DNA of 64,000 bases, taken from assembly GCA_019828565.1 (NCBI GenBank), contig JAHDYR010000007.1, forward strand, positions 320,373 to 384,372, given 5' to 3'. The stretch comes from Carpediemonas membranifera BICM. Lineage: Eukaryota; Protista; Fornicata. Shown here piece after piece: positions 11,642 through 21,955 of this stretch. The notes below the pieces were generated by a model. The model saw only the letters and a program-made list of their open reading frames with translations, was not told the DNA's origin and made no database searches. Position numbers and translations under genes: made by a program. Positions within the stretch are counted from its first letter, which is position 1. The number at the start of each line of letters is the position of its first letter.

Positions 11642-14386
11642 CTAGCCGTGAAGAGCGTCGGCGACCACATTATGCTCGCCTGATATGTGGGCAATGTTGA
11701 AATTGAATTCTTGCAAAGCAATCCGCCAGCGCATCACCTTGGGGGATACGAGGGAGCGGCGCATGAGGTACACAATATTCCGGTGGTCTGTGTGGATAGT
11801 GAGCGAGTTAACCATCTTGAGTAGAGGACTCAAGTCAGGCCGGGTGAGGGTATGAAGGATTGCGTACAGCTCCTTGTCGTAGGTGGCCCAGCGCCTCTGC
11901 GTCGCGTTAAATAATTTCGAAACGAAGGCGACCAGGCGGCGATTCGCGCCCTCTCCCTGGGTGATTACGGCCCCAAGCCCCCGGTCGCTTGCGTCAGTGT
12001 GAACGTCCCATGGCAGGCTGGGATCAGGCTGAGCCAGGACGGTCTCTTGGGCTACCGCCTCTCTCAGGGCCACGAGGGCTTCCTCTTGGCGTGGTCCCCA
12101 TACGAATGGCTCACCGGCGTTCCTGATCAGCTCATAGAGGGGGTCCACAAGGTCCGCCGCGGCTGGGATGAAGTCGATCACGTAATTAAACATCCCTAAG
12201 AGTGTTCTGACCCCTGAAACATTGCTCGGAGCCTCTATCGACGTGAGTGCTTCAATTCGTCGCTTGTCGATGCTCTTCCCCTCGCGGGAAAGGTGGAAGC
12301 CCACGATGTCTAACTCCTCCGCGCCGATCACACATTTTGCCGGGCTAAGCCGAAGGTCATACTTTGTCAGCAACTGGAAGGTTTGCTCTAAGCGTGCTAT
12401 AAGTTCCTCCTCAGATTGGGCGTAGATTAAGATGTCGTCAATATAGACCAGCACCCCCCCATCCTCGCCCCGGTGGAGTACCGGGGCGAGGATGGATTGC
12501 ATGGTACGCTGGAAATAACTCGGAGCGTTAGTCAGCCCGAATGGGACTCGGTTGAACTCCTCGTAGTCGTCAGGTGTTACAAACGCCGTCATAGCTCTGT
12601 CTTCCTCGTGGAGGGGCATCTGATGGTACCCGGACGTCAAGTCCAAGCTGGCGAAGAATTGAGCCCCCGCCGCCTCCTGCACGAAGGTTTTCAAGTCGGG
12701 AAGGGGAAAATGGTCACGAATGGTGAGAATGTTGAGCTTTGTGTAGTCCACACAGAGGCGTATGGCGCCGTTCTTCTTATCCACTACCACGATCGGGGAG
12801 GAGAACGGTCCGACGCTGTTCCTGGTGATGCCAAGGTGGCGTAGGCGGGTTACTTCTTCCCGCACCTGAAGGCGTCGTTCCCCTGATAGTCTCCGGGCTC
12901 GTTCCTGGACCAGGGCGTCCGGGTCATTCAATCGGATCCGCATAGGTTCAACCTTGGCTCCTTGAGCCGGAATGGGGCCGAACAACGTGGAATACTCAGC
13001 AAGTAGCGCTCGTACCTCGCTTCGGAGCGTGGCGCTCGCGGATTCGGGAATTTCAACAGCACCAACGTCCTCCGAGACGTCTAACTGGTTCAAACTCAGC
13101 GGAATGTCGTCCCCGTCCTCCTTGCTCAGATTTTCGGCTACGAGCTGGAGGAATAAGGAATCCTTCGTGAGAAGCCCGAGTACACGAAGAATGTCGGTGC
13201 CAATAAGGATTTTCTTGCGGTCCCCACTGAGGATTGCGAACTTCGCCTTAAACCGCGTTGGGGCTCCCGCCAGCGTGAGGTGTAACCAAGCCTCAGTATA
13301 GTGGTTAGTTGTCGAAATGGAACCGTTCGCCATTCTGAAGCGGAGGATCGGGCCGGTCACTGTCTGTAGGCCAAGGGCCTCTGCTGACGCAGCGGAGATG
13401 ATAGATTTTGGTGCTCCAGTGTCAATAATAAAGGAATACTCTTGGTCGTTTATACGACCAGACACTTTGAGTGGCTCATCGGGGTCCGTGTCCAGGAGAT
13501 TAGCCTCGATTGGCTCCTTCTTCTTCGGGTTGGACCGGAGGCCACCTCCTTCTTGGCGAGAGCGCATTGGGGCCCCATTGGGGCACTGATTATCCCAATG
13601 CCATCCGCCGCACTTGCCACAGGCACGATGGGGAGGCTTCAAAGCTGGGTTGACGTCGTTCGGCTTGAGAGTGGAAGACTTCTCCGGGGCCCCTGAGGCA
13701 ACTGCGCCCGGGACCGGGAGGCGAGGCGGTTGGCCTCCTGCGGCCGTTCCTTTCTTTCGGGTGGAGCACTTTCCGGCCTGGTAGTGACCAAAGCGAATGG
13801 CCTTAGCCCGAGCGTCGTCATCTTCTTGAGCGAGGGCAATGCTCAGCTCGTATGCATCGGCAAGTGACTTCCTCTTAGGATGCTCCTTGAGTTCAAAGTC
13901 CAGGACCTTGCGGAAAGTGGATGGGCGGATCCCCTGAAGGAAGATCTTACGCGCGTTCTTCTCAAAGGGGGAAATGTCTTCTTCGTCCTCTTCTTGTTCC
14001 TCTTCGTCCTCGTCCGAGTCGGACTCTTCGATGTCTTCGGCCTTAGAGAAAACTGCTGAGAACGCGCTGACGTACGCGCGAATGGAGGTGATTCTTTTTT
14101 CAGATACCTGGCAGGTGACGGCCTCGAGCTCTTTGACAAGGGACAATTTGTCCACCGGAGCAAGGAACTTGCTGACGTATTCGTCAATCTTGTCGTCATT
14201 TGCCTTCGCCAGGTCTACGTTGAGAGTGTCCTCGATGATGTCCTGCAGGTCATTGGGGAGGAGGACAGCCAGCTTGGCGGCGGGATACAACGCCTTGATT
14301 CGGGCGGCATCCCTCTTAAATGAGCGCCAGGTTTCGCTAGTCAATGTCTCAACGCTCAGAGTCGGCAGAGAAATATTACCGAACAT
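11642..14386 (-). CDS. Element F Gag-PR-RT-RNaseH (real start MFGNISL at 14386)
   Basis: CGKCGGWHWDNQC knuckle, IIDTGA, RLCVDYTKLN, VPFGLTNAP, YIDD, HTDASD, TDHRN. Confidence 0.92.
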   Translation of the reverse strand: MFGNISLPTLSVETLTSETWRSFKRDAARIKALYPAAKLAVLLPNDLQDIIEDTLNVDLAKANDDKIDEYVSKFLAPVDKLSLVKELEAVTCQVSEKRITSIRAYVSAFSAVFSKAEDIEESDSDEDEEEQEEDEEDISPFEKNARKIFLQGIRPSTFRKVLDFELKEHPKRKSLADAYELSIALAQEDDDARAKAIRFGHYQAGKCSTRKKGTAAGGQPPRLPVPGAVASGAPEKSSTLKPNDVNPALKPPHRACGKCGGWHWDNQCPNGAPMRSRQEGGGLRSNPKKKEPIEANLLDTDPDEPLKVSGRINDQEYSFIIDTGAPKSIISAASAEALGLQTVTGPILRFRMANGSISTTNHYTEAWLHLTLAGAPTRFKAKFAILSGDRKKILIGTDILRVLGLLTKDSLFLQLVAENLSKEDGDDIPLSLNQLDVSEDVGAVEIPESASATLRSEVRALLAEYSTLFGPIPAQGAKVEPMRIRLNDPDALVQERARRLSGERRLQVREEVTRLRHLGITRNSVGPFSSPIVVVDKKNGAIRLCVDYTKLNILTIRDHFPLPDLKTFVQEAAGAQFFASLDLTSGYHQMPLHEEDRAMTAFVTPDDYEEFNRVPFGLTNAPSYFQRTMQSILAPVLHRGEDGGVLVYIDDILIYAQSEEELIARLEQTFQLLTKYDLRLSPAKCVIGAEELDIVGFHLSREGKSIDKRRIEALTSIEAPSNVSGVRTLLGMFNYVIDFIPAAADLVDPLYELIRNAGEPFVWGPRQEEALVALREAVAQETVLAQPDPSLPWDVHTDASDRGLGAVITQGEGANRRLVAFVSKLFNATQRRWATYDKELYAILHTLTRPDLSPLLKMVNSLTIHTDHRNIVYLMRRSLVSPKVMRWRIALQEFNFNIAHISGEHNVVADALHG

Positions 14387-14406
14387 GTAGCCACTAGTGA
14401 ATTCAC

Positions 14407-14514
14407 TGTTGTAACGATGCGCTAATTTATTTCGACACACTGGTGTCGTCTCGGACCAAGTAGGACCAAGACGACACCCATAAAATATATAAATATTAAT
14501 ACGGTATTGCGACA
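14407..14514 (-). repeat. 5' LTR of F (108 bp)
   Basis: Identical to 9571-9678; followed on the element strand by the palindrome AGTGAATTCACT and then the gag ATG. Confidence 0.95.
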
Positions 14515-14518
14515 CCGT

Positions 14519-17500
14519 GACTATCACACTGCAGCTCGAGCGCCCAGTGGAGGTCACGGCGGAGTTCTTCGTCCTCCCTTCCGCCGGAGAGCTAATCATC
14601 GGCGTGCCCACGATACGCGCCGTGGGTTTGTTGCCCGACCTGCTCGCCCCGCGCGCCGAGGCAGAGTTCGTTGAGGCCACCCCGGTGCCCCTGCCTGACG
14701 ATCGTGCACCAGCCGAGATCGCTCATCCGCTGATCCAGGACTACCCGGACCTGTTCGCTTCTGAACTGCCTGGTGTCATCGGTGTTGAGCCTTTCCACAT
14801 TGACCTATCCGACACCGACGTCGCCCCGTTTCCACCGCGCCGTATGTCGCCCGCCCTAGCTGAGGCTTTGCACGGAGATGGCCGCAGGGCCTCTGGGGCG
14901 ATTGGAATCGGCTTTCCGCGGAGACAGTAGCACCGAAAGCCCAAGGCAAACGCTGCTGACCAGTTTGCCACGGGAAATAGGCAGTACCCCGGGGCACTCA
15001 GCTCCAAGACAACGGGAAACAAGCTCAGTCCGGGGTCAGAATCCAAGCACCATAAATTTCTTTCTTTCTTTCCGCCCTAGCTGAGGCCGTCAAGGCAGAG
15101 GTAGATGGGCTCCTCGCCAGAGGCATTATCCAACCCTCGACCTCGCCTTTCGCCTCCCCCGCCTTCACAGTGCCGAAGCGCGGGGGCAAGCGTCGCATGG
15201 TAATTGACTACCGGCGCCTGAACGAGAAAACGGTCCCCCTGCAGTACCCGCTAAGCAACCCGGCTGAGCTGCATCGTAGGCTCGCCGGCCATAACTACTA
15301 CACGACGATTGACCTGGTCAGCGGATATCACCAGGTTCCGGTGGACCCGGCCTCCCGTCCTCTCACGGCATTCGCGACGCCCGCTGGCCTGTTTGAGTTC
15401 TGCCGTCTCCCTTTCGGTCTACGTTGTGCCCCTGCCTTTTTCCAACGTATGATGATGTCTGTGCTCAACGGACTCGTCGGTCGCATCTGTGAGGTATACC
15501 TAGACGACGTGATCATCCATGGGGACACCCAGGAAGAGCTGGATCGCAACACGCGCGCCGTATTCGACCGCCTCCAGCAACACCAGTTCCGTCTGGGTCG
15601 TGACAAGTGCCAGTTCGCGAAGACCGAGGTAGAGTACGTGGGACACCTCATCTCGAAGAAAGGCATCCGCACATCACCGGAGCGCGTCGCTGCTATCGTC
15701 GCGATGAAGCCCCCTTCGTCGGTCGCGGCGGTGCGCTCATTCACGGGTATGACTAACTACCTGCGGGAATTTATTCCGAACTACGCATCGGTCCTGGCGC
15801 CCATCGTCGACCTCACCAATGCAAAAGTGCCGTTCGTCTGGGGCAAAGCCCAACAGCAGGCCTTCGAGGAAGTGAAGCGCCTCATCATGCGCCGACCGAT
15901 CCTCGCGTACCCCGACTACTCCCGGACGCTCATCGTGCGTACCGACGCCTCCACCGCCGGTTGCGGCGGTGTTCTCCCTGCAGGAGAAGGACGGTGAGGA
16001 ACAAGTCATCGCCTACACCTCCCACCGTTTCACTGAGGCCGAGCAACGCTGGAGCACCATCGAACAGGAGCTCTTTGGCGTGTTCCATGCCATCATCAGC
16101 TTCGAGCATTTCATCCTAGGGCACCCCTTCGTTGTCGAGACGGACCATCGGAATTTGACCTATCTTGAGTCCACCACTACGCCTAAGCTCGTCCGCTGGC
16201 GCCTTCGCCTCTCCGAATACGACTTCACGGTCCGTCACATCGCCGGAGTCAACAACGAGGTGGCCGATTGCCTTTCCAGATGCCTGACGATTCGCTCACA
16301 GCGCGTGGCATCCCCGGTGGACATTACCGACCAGGTACGGCAGCTTTTTGGCAAGTGCCACAACGCCCGTGTTGGACACATGGGCACCCGCATCACGACG
16401 GATCGGATCGCCGCCCAGCTACCTTCGTTTGCCCGCAAGGCGATCGAGAAACACGTCAAGCCCCTAGTCCGTACATGCCCGGTGTGCCAGCTCACGCGAC
16501 AGCGCGCCAAGGTCAGTGTAGACCTCCCTCGCCAGCCCACAATGGCACCGTACCCCATGCACACCTGGGCCGTGGACTTTATTGGCCCGTTCCCGGAAGA
16601 ACACGGTTTCCGTCACATCCTAGCCGCCGTTGACTGCTTCTCCCGGTTCGTGGAGCTAGTTCCCACGCCCGATTGCACCGCGCAGTCAGCGGTCACGGCC
16701 ATCATGCAACTGGTGGGCCGCTACGGATGCCCGGCACACATTCGCTCTGATCAGGGCCCCCACTTTACCGCCCACCTGTTTGCTCAGCTCTCGCGCATCC
16801 TGAACATTCAGCACGACTTCACGCTCCCGTACCATCACCAGTATAACGGCATCATCGAGCGCCGCAACAAGGAAGTGAACCGCCACCTCCGCGCCGCCAT
16901 GAACGAGCTGACCGATGATTTAGCCGACTGGGTTGCCTGTCTCCCGCTTGTACAGCGCACTCTGAACTGCACGCCGTGTGCAGCCACCGGCAACATACCC
17001 CCGGCCAACATCATGTTCGGTAACCTCACCGACACCGGACCGAGTACTGCTACACAACCCGGTGGAGGGGGTGGGCGACGTCGCATTGTACTACGACAAC
17101 CTGCTTGAGGCACAGAGACAGCTTGTCAAGGCCGTGCCAGTTCCTAAGCCACGTCCGGTCACCCAGACCACTTTCACTGTCGGCCAAGCTGTTGTGGTCA
17201 CCAGACCCGACAATGCCCGTGGCCCCTCTCGTCTGAGCCCCATCTATATGGGCCCCTACACCGTAGCCTCCCTCGACGGCACACTCGCCACCCTCACGAA
17301 TCTTCGAACTCGTGCCGAAGAGACGTATGATCTCCGCCGCCTCGTTCCCTTCCTCGGCGACTACACCCCCGACGACCTCACCGCCTTCGCTGCCGCCGGT
17401 GAGCAAGAATACACCGTCGAAGACATCATCGACCACCGCTCTGGTCGTACCAAGACCCGTTTCCGTTTCCGTGTCCGCTGGGCCGGCTACGGTCCCGATG

Positions 17501-17583
17501 ACGACACCTGGCTTCCCTATGCCGAGGTCCGTGACCTCGAAGCCCTCGACCGGTACTTGTCGAAGACCGGCATTCAGCTGTAA
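14519..17583 (+). pseudogene. Element E protease end-RT-RNaseH-integrase-chromodomain (interrupted by the 205-bp insert and two indels)
   Basis: RMVIDYRRLN, LPFGLRCAP, YLDD, TDAS, TDHRNL, VDFIGP, SDQGPHF; YTVEDIIDHR...RVRWAGYGPDDDTWLP. Confidence 0.9.
14867..15071 (+). mobile_element. 205-bp SINE-like or 5'-truncated non-LTR insertion
   Basis: Flanked by a 16-bp TSD CCGCCCTAGCTGAGGC (14851-14866 and 15072-15087); 3' tail ATAAA(TTTC)3TTT; its removal restores the E pol frame SPALAEA-VKAEVDG. Confidence 0.85.
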
Positions 17584-17595
17584 TAGAGAGGGTAG

Positions 17596-17714
17596 TGTGG
17601 TGAGGCGCAGTTTAAGGTTTTGGTTTTTGACCATTTTCACCACTGCGGTTTCCAGGAGTAAATCAGTTCTCATCCATTAATTGGAAAGTTCCCTTCAAGG
17701 CCAAACCAAGCACA
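17596..17714 (+). repeat. 3' LTR of E (119 bp)
   Basis: Identical to 8483-8601. Confidence 0.95.
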
Positions 17715-17835
17715 ATAGGAACAGATGATTCTGCGTTACCATTTTCCAGGAGTGATCACTGTGCCGGATGGCAGCAGAAAACGGGGAAATCCATTTACCT
17801 TAAAGTGCACTGGGAGTGAGGGAGATGCTGTGACA
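17715..17835 (-). mobile_element. 5' end of Gypsy element 'B' (5' LTR ~17760-17835, 76 bp; gag ATG 17742); inserted in gag of A
   Basis: TGTCACAG...GGCACA on the minus strand, then palindrome AGTGATCACT and an ATG that continues in frame at 8478. Interrupts the A gag. The partner LTR is outside the window. Confidence 0.75.
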
Positions 17836-18401
17836 AAGACGTCCTCGGGATCTTCGGGTTGAACGAGCTTCAAGAGCAGATTGAACCGGCGGTTCACTCG
17901 AGCAACCTCATCAGGCTCGAAGGACTTGGCGGGGACTCGGAAGAGCTGTAGACGCATGCTCGGGCGAGAAGGTCGAAGGGCAGCACCGAGGCGCTTGAGG
18001 ACTCGTTCATCTTGGGCTGCGACACGATGTTTCTTACGGAGCTTCGCGGAGAGCAGGAGAGGAGTGTTTTCAACCTCTTCGTCGTCGTTAAGGTCTGCTA
18101 GCTCTGCTATGCTAGGCTCGATGAGGTCAATAACATCATCGCGGCCGCCTAAGGCGCGATGATCGTGGAGGTTATCCGCAAAGTCCAAAAGAGCGTCCAT
18201 GGAGGACTTCTTCAGGAGAAGCGGATTCTTCTTCAGGCTTCTGTAAGTTTCCGTACCCATATAGTTTTGGTAGTACTAGTACTGTGGTTCAATGGGCGTT
18301 GAACTTTTACTGAGGAGAAGACTCGACACAAGGGTGTCAAGGAGAAACTCCTTGACTATTAAATATGACGTAAATCTGTGTAACTTTGGGTAGGACCCAC
18401 A
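17836..18401 (-). mobile_element. 5' end of Gypsy element 'A' (outermost; gag 18260 to 17836; 5' LTR ~18283-18401, outer boundary tentative)
   Basis: Gag resembles element H gag (LKRLGAALRPSR...EVARVNRRFNLLL vs MQRLAAALRPTR...EVSKLNSQFNTLL). Same AGTACTAGTACT palindrome and ...AACCACA LTR end as H. Confidence 0.72.
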
Positions 18402-18779
18402 ACAGCTCAAGTGCTTGGCTTACCGTGCACCATGGCCAGGCCCCAGACGCCAACATCAGCTGACTAAACCAATAGCCCCTAGGGCTAGGTAACCCAGTGC
18501 TTACTCTTGTGCGCCCAAGACGCCTCAATGTAATCATTCAGTTCGTTTTTTTTTCTTTTACCACTTCGCTCTGGTCACAACAGATGATTCACCGCTTTCT
18601 AGGACGGATCCGAAGTGTTACACCCAGAAGATGGGTATACCCTTTACCTCATCTAATGACACGCTGATTGGCGGAGCAGGCCCTCGTCTCAGCAGTTCAG
18701 TCGGCCTCCTCCCGGCCGGGAAGTGAGCTGGCACGACAGACCCTGTATCGCCCCCACATAACCACTCTGGTACACTAGT

Positions 18780-20232
18780 TTACAACGGTGCAATGTTCTG
18801 GCACTCCAAGAAAATACCAGAAACCAGAGTCTTGATCAGATGACACCAGCGGCTGCCCCCGCGGATGTCGTCCCGGGAGTTGGCCGGGGATACGGTGTAG
18901 CTCGACACTACACGGCCCTGGGGCACCTGGGCGTCGATGACCGCGATGTCGTCGTCAGTGACGCACGCTCCCTGGTCTGGGGTGCCCAGGGAGCCCGAGG
19001 AAGGGTGCGCCGAGGTGATCGGGGAGCCGAACGACGCCGCGCTTTGAGAGCAGGCGAGCGCGGCAGGCTCCAGAGAGCCCACGCGCGTTGACGCCGACTG
19101 TGAAAGCACCGTATTCGGCCGAACGGCGACGAGATCGTTCGATGATCCGTGCCGTGACGGCGCCCTCGAGTGTGCGGGGGAGTTGATGCTCGGGCCGCAC
19201 TCCCAGTCGTAGGGGGTGCCAGGGGCGACCCCGGCAAGGTCAAGCTGCTCCGAGAGGATCCGTCTCACCAGGCGGTGCTCGACACAATCGCCGAAGCCAA
19301 GGCTGGAGATGTACTTCAGGAGAAGCCCAAAGCAGTCAGGAAGCCCCTCAACGAGTGACCCGTCCTCGATGGCCGTACGCTTGGCAGACCCAATCACATC
19401 GCGGTCCCCGAGCGATGTCCATGGGAGCTCACCGGCGTACAGGTCGATGAGCATGAATAAGAAGGACCAGTAGTCGTCCCGTGGCCCCATATCGCGTCCG
19501 TCGTGAGCCGAGAGTGAGGCATATCGCGCGGTGCCCCTGAACCCAACGGACTTTCTCTCTGGAAGGGGGAATCCCATTGAATCGACGTAGCGCCGAGTGA
19601 TTCCTGCGTTAGTTGGGAAAAATTGGATCAAGATTGAGTGAATCTGGATGCTTACGGGACGAACCGAAGTCGAATATGTAGAGCTGATCAGAGAACCGAT
19701 CCATGGCAAAATTCGAGGGCTTGACGTCACGGTGGACATACCCCTGTGTGTGCAACGTCTCCAGACACTCACTCATGGCCATCCCCGCGCGGAGGACGGT
19801 GGCGAGGCTGAACTTCTTCTCGGGCATGCGCTTACGAAGCCATGAGATGTCAGGTCCCAGGAGCTTCATCACAATGTAGTGGTAGGACTCTGTCGTGCCG
19901 CAGCAGAGGTAGGAGGGCACATGGCTCTTGCTGGCACCGGCTGCTCGGAGCTTCCGGAGGACTGAGAGCTCAATACTGAGCACAGATGTCTTGTTTGAAT
20001 CACGTGACTCCATTTTCACCGCAAACTTCTTGCCAGAGTACACGTCTATGGCTTCATAGACCTTTCCAAACGCTCCAGCCCCGATTTGCACAGTGAGACG
20101 GAACCTCTTCTTCAGAAGCAAGTTTTTGTCAACGGAAAGACCATTAGACGAAAACTGGGCTTCTTTTTGGCTCCTATACACCGATGATTGATGCGGCATG
20201 CGCCTCCAACTCGGCGACCCCAATTTCCCCAT
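18780..20232 (-). CDS. CK1/tau-tubulin-kinase-family Ser/Thr kinase, 2 exons (intron 19604-19664)
   Basis: IGAGAFG, AVKME, HRDVKPSNF; the splice GTTCGT...ACTAACGCAG restores DFG|ITRRY; FRGTARYAS. Confidence 0.9.
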
Positions 20233-20306
20233 TTGACCTGGAAAATCGGATCAGAATCAAAGATGCACTGACATGCCGGATTTACAAGCTGATGGTGAAT
20301 GATCTA

Positions 20307-21191
20307 TCACCAAAACGCAGGCTGGTAGCCGTGCTGACGAAACATCTGCCGCAGTCCCGACGCCGGGGAGGGGGGGCCCCTGTTGCTGACCCGGGCAGGC
20401 GAGTCACGGATACCCATACACACATGCCCCAGCTGATCCGGGGTGACCCCTTCAACCTGCCGCTCGAACACGGCCGTGACAGTTGCCCCCGGGTCCCCCC
20501 TGGCCATGGAGTCGAAGGTCCAGTGCTCATTGATCGCCCAGATGACCACCACGCCGTCCTCGCAGTATGTCGCGCATCTGTTGCCCACGGTGCATGGGTG
20601 GAGGGCTAGGACAGCCCCGTGGCCCGTCTGGAAGGAAAAGGCCGGACGCCGCATGCTATGGCGGGGGTTGAGGAAGAAATTCAGGACCCGTCCGTCGGCC
20701 ATGCCGCACAGGAGACGGCTGCGGCCATTGAACGCGAGCGCGGTGACGGCGCACCCGGCGGGCATGGGGGCGACGGGGGAGGCGTCCACGGCGTATGGCC
20801 GGACGAGGGAGAAGAGGCGGATGCAGCCGTTGGACGAGCCCGCTGCGACATAGGCGCTGTCTGCAGAGAAAGCAAGGCACGTTGCCGGTATGGTGAGGCT
20901 CTCCAGGACCGTGGCGGAGGCGCAGTGCCATAGGTGCGTCGTGCTGAGGGTGGAGGAGGCGACGAGCTCGCCGTTCGGTGAGACTACGGCGCATAGGACG
21001 GGTGCAGAGTGATGGAACTGGCGTATCTCCTTTGCAGCGGCCCGCTGACGCGTTAGAACGACAGTACGGCCATCAATGTGGATGCTGGAGCTGCTGGACA
21101 CATCGTACGGAGGGAGAACCTTGATGTGGATGCCAGGGCCGCTCATAACGTCATTAGACGGTGTTAGGTTGCTGTGATAATGCCGTTCCAT
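20307..21191 (-). CDS. WD40-repeat protein
   Basis: Repeats such as HSAPVLCAVVSPNGELVASS, CLAFSADSAYVAAGSSNGCIRLF, EDGVVVIW. Confidence 0.75.
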   Translation of the reverse strand: MERHYHSNLTPSNDVMSGPGIHIKVLPPYDVSSSSSIHIDGRTVVLTRQRAAAKEIRQFHHSAPVLCAVVSPNGELVASSTLSTTHLWHCASATVLESLTIPATCLAFSADSAYVAAGSSNGCIRLFSLVRPYAVDASPVAPMPAGCAVTALAFNGRSRLLCGMADGRVLNFFLNPRHSMRRPAFSFQTGHGAVLALHPCTVGNRCATYCEDGVVVIWAINEHWTFDSMARGDPGATVTAVFERQVEGVTPDQLGHVCMGIRDSPARVSNRGPPSPASGLRQMFRQHGYQPAFW

Positions 21192-21483
21192 CCGAGACGG
21201 TGCTTATCGCTCGGTGTATGTCATGCGCGTCGTCACGACCTTTCCGCCGACACGCGCAAAACCTGACATGCGACCAACCAGGACCCAACACGTGCTACAT
21301 GAGGCCGTACGAGCATCTACAGGACTTTTCCCGGGGTACGTGGGGGGGCCGTACAGGGGCCGAGAGGCAGCTCGGGCAGAATTATCGAGCATGGAAGGGC
21401 GGATGGTTGGTGACTGGGCGATAGTGAGTGTGCGTACACGCTAACGGCTAGTGTGGTAACGGTGGCAGTTACGGCGGTATGGC

Positions 21484-21759
21484 TCACCCGTGGTGGCGCT
21501 CGAGAAGAAGGCGCCACTGCTGGCCCTCCTCGTCGTCAATACTGATATGGAGCTGCCGTAAAGTACTTCGCAAAGCCTCCTTATACTGCCTACTAAGAGC
21601 TGGAAGGCCTGGTGGCGGAGATCTTAAGCTGAGCTGTGTCTTGGCCATCATCCGGATGTAGGATGACCACGTGTTACCTGAGATGTTCGCAGTCTCAAAG
21701 ATAGAGAAGATGAATAGGATAAGAAGGAAGACGATCGCTCCTAGGAAGAGAAAAAGCAT
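21484..21759 (-). CDS. Small hypothetical membrane protein
   Basis: 91-aa ORF with an N-terminal hydrophobic helix, in a co-oriented gene array. Confidence 0.4.
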   Translation of the reverse strand: MLFLFLGAIVFLLILFIFSIFETANISGNTWSSYIRMMAKTQLSLRSPPPGLPALSRQYKEALRSTLRQLHISIDDEEGQQWRLLLERHHG

Positions 21760-21955
21760 CCCTGTATGTCGCAGTTTAGCGTGGAAAGTTGGTAGCTGCG
21801 CAATAACCGAGAACGCATGCCGGTAGACTCATCCGGAGACCATGATCAGTGCTGCAATACCAACACACCCATTACCGGTGGACCTCGACGTTTATAACAG
21901 CTCGTGCCTAATACTGATCGCCCGACTGTCGGACGGGGGGCGCCCGCTCTTACGC

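Larger units (their letters stand above)
9571..14514 (-). mobile_element. Complete Ty3/Gypsy chromovirus 'F', 4.94 kb, nested in the protease of E
   Basis: Identical 108-bp LTRs (9571-9678 and 14407-14514); TSD CCGT (9567-9570 and 14515-14518); PPT on the minus strand (9679-9693). Confidence 0.95.
8483..17714 (+). mobile_element. Ty3/Gypsy chromovirus 'E', nested in gag of B; hosts element F and a SINE-like insert
   Basis: Identical 119-bp LTRs (8483-8601 and 17596-17714); TSD ATAG (8479-8482 and 17715-17718); PPT AGAGAGGGTAG (17585-17595). Confidence 0.95.

Noticed and set aside
14387-14680. N-terminal extension of the 1012-aa ORF (and similarly 39812-39994, 8249-8560, 17050-17673)
   Set aside because: These ORF parts read through LTRs and flanking elements by chance; the real starts are the ATGs just after the palindromes.
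14867-15071. Hammerhead or HDV ribozyme in the SINE-like insert
   Set aside because: Hairpins are present but I cannot find an intact CUGANGA/GAAA core or an HDV pseudoknot by eye.
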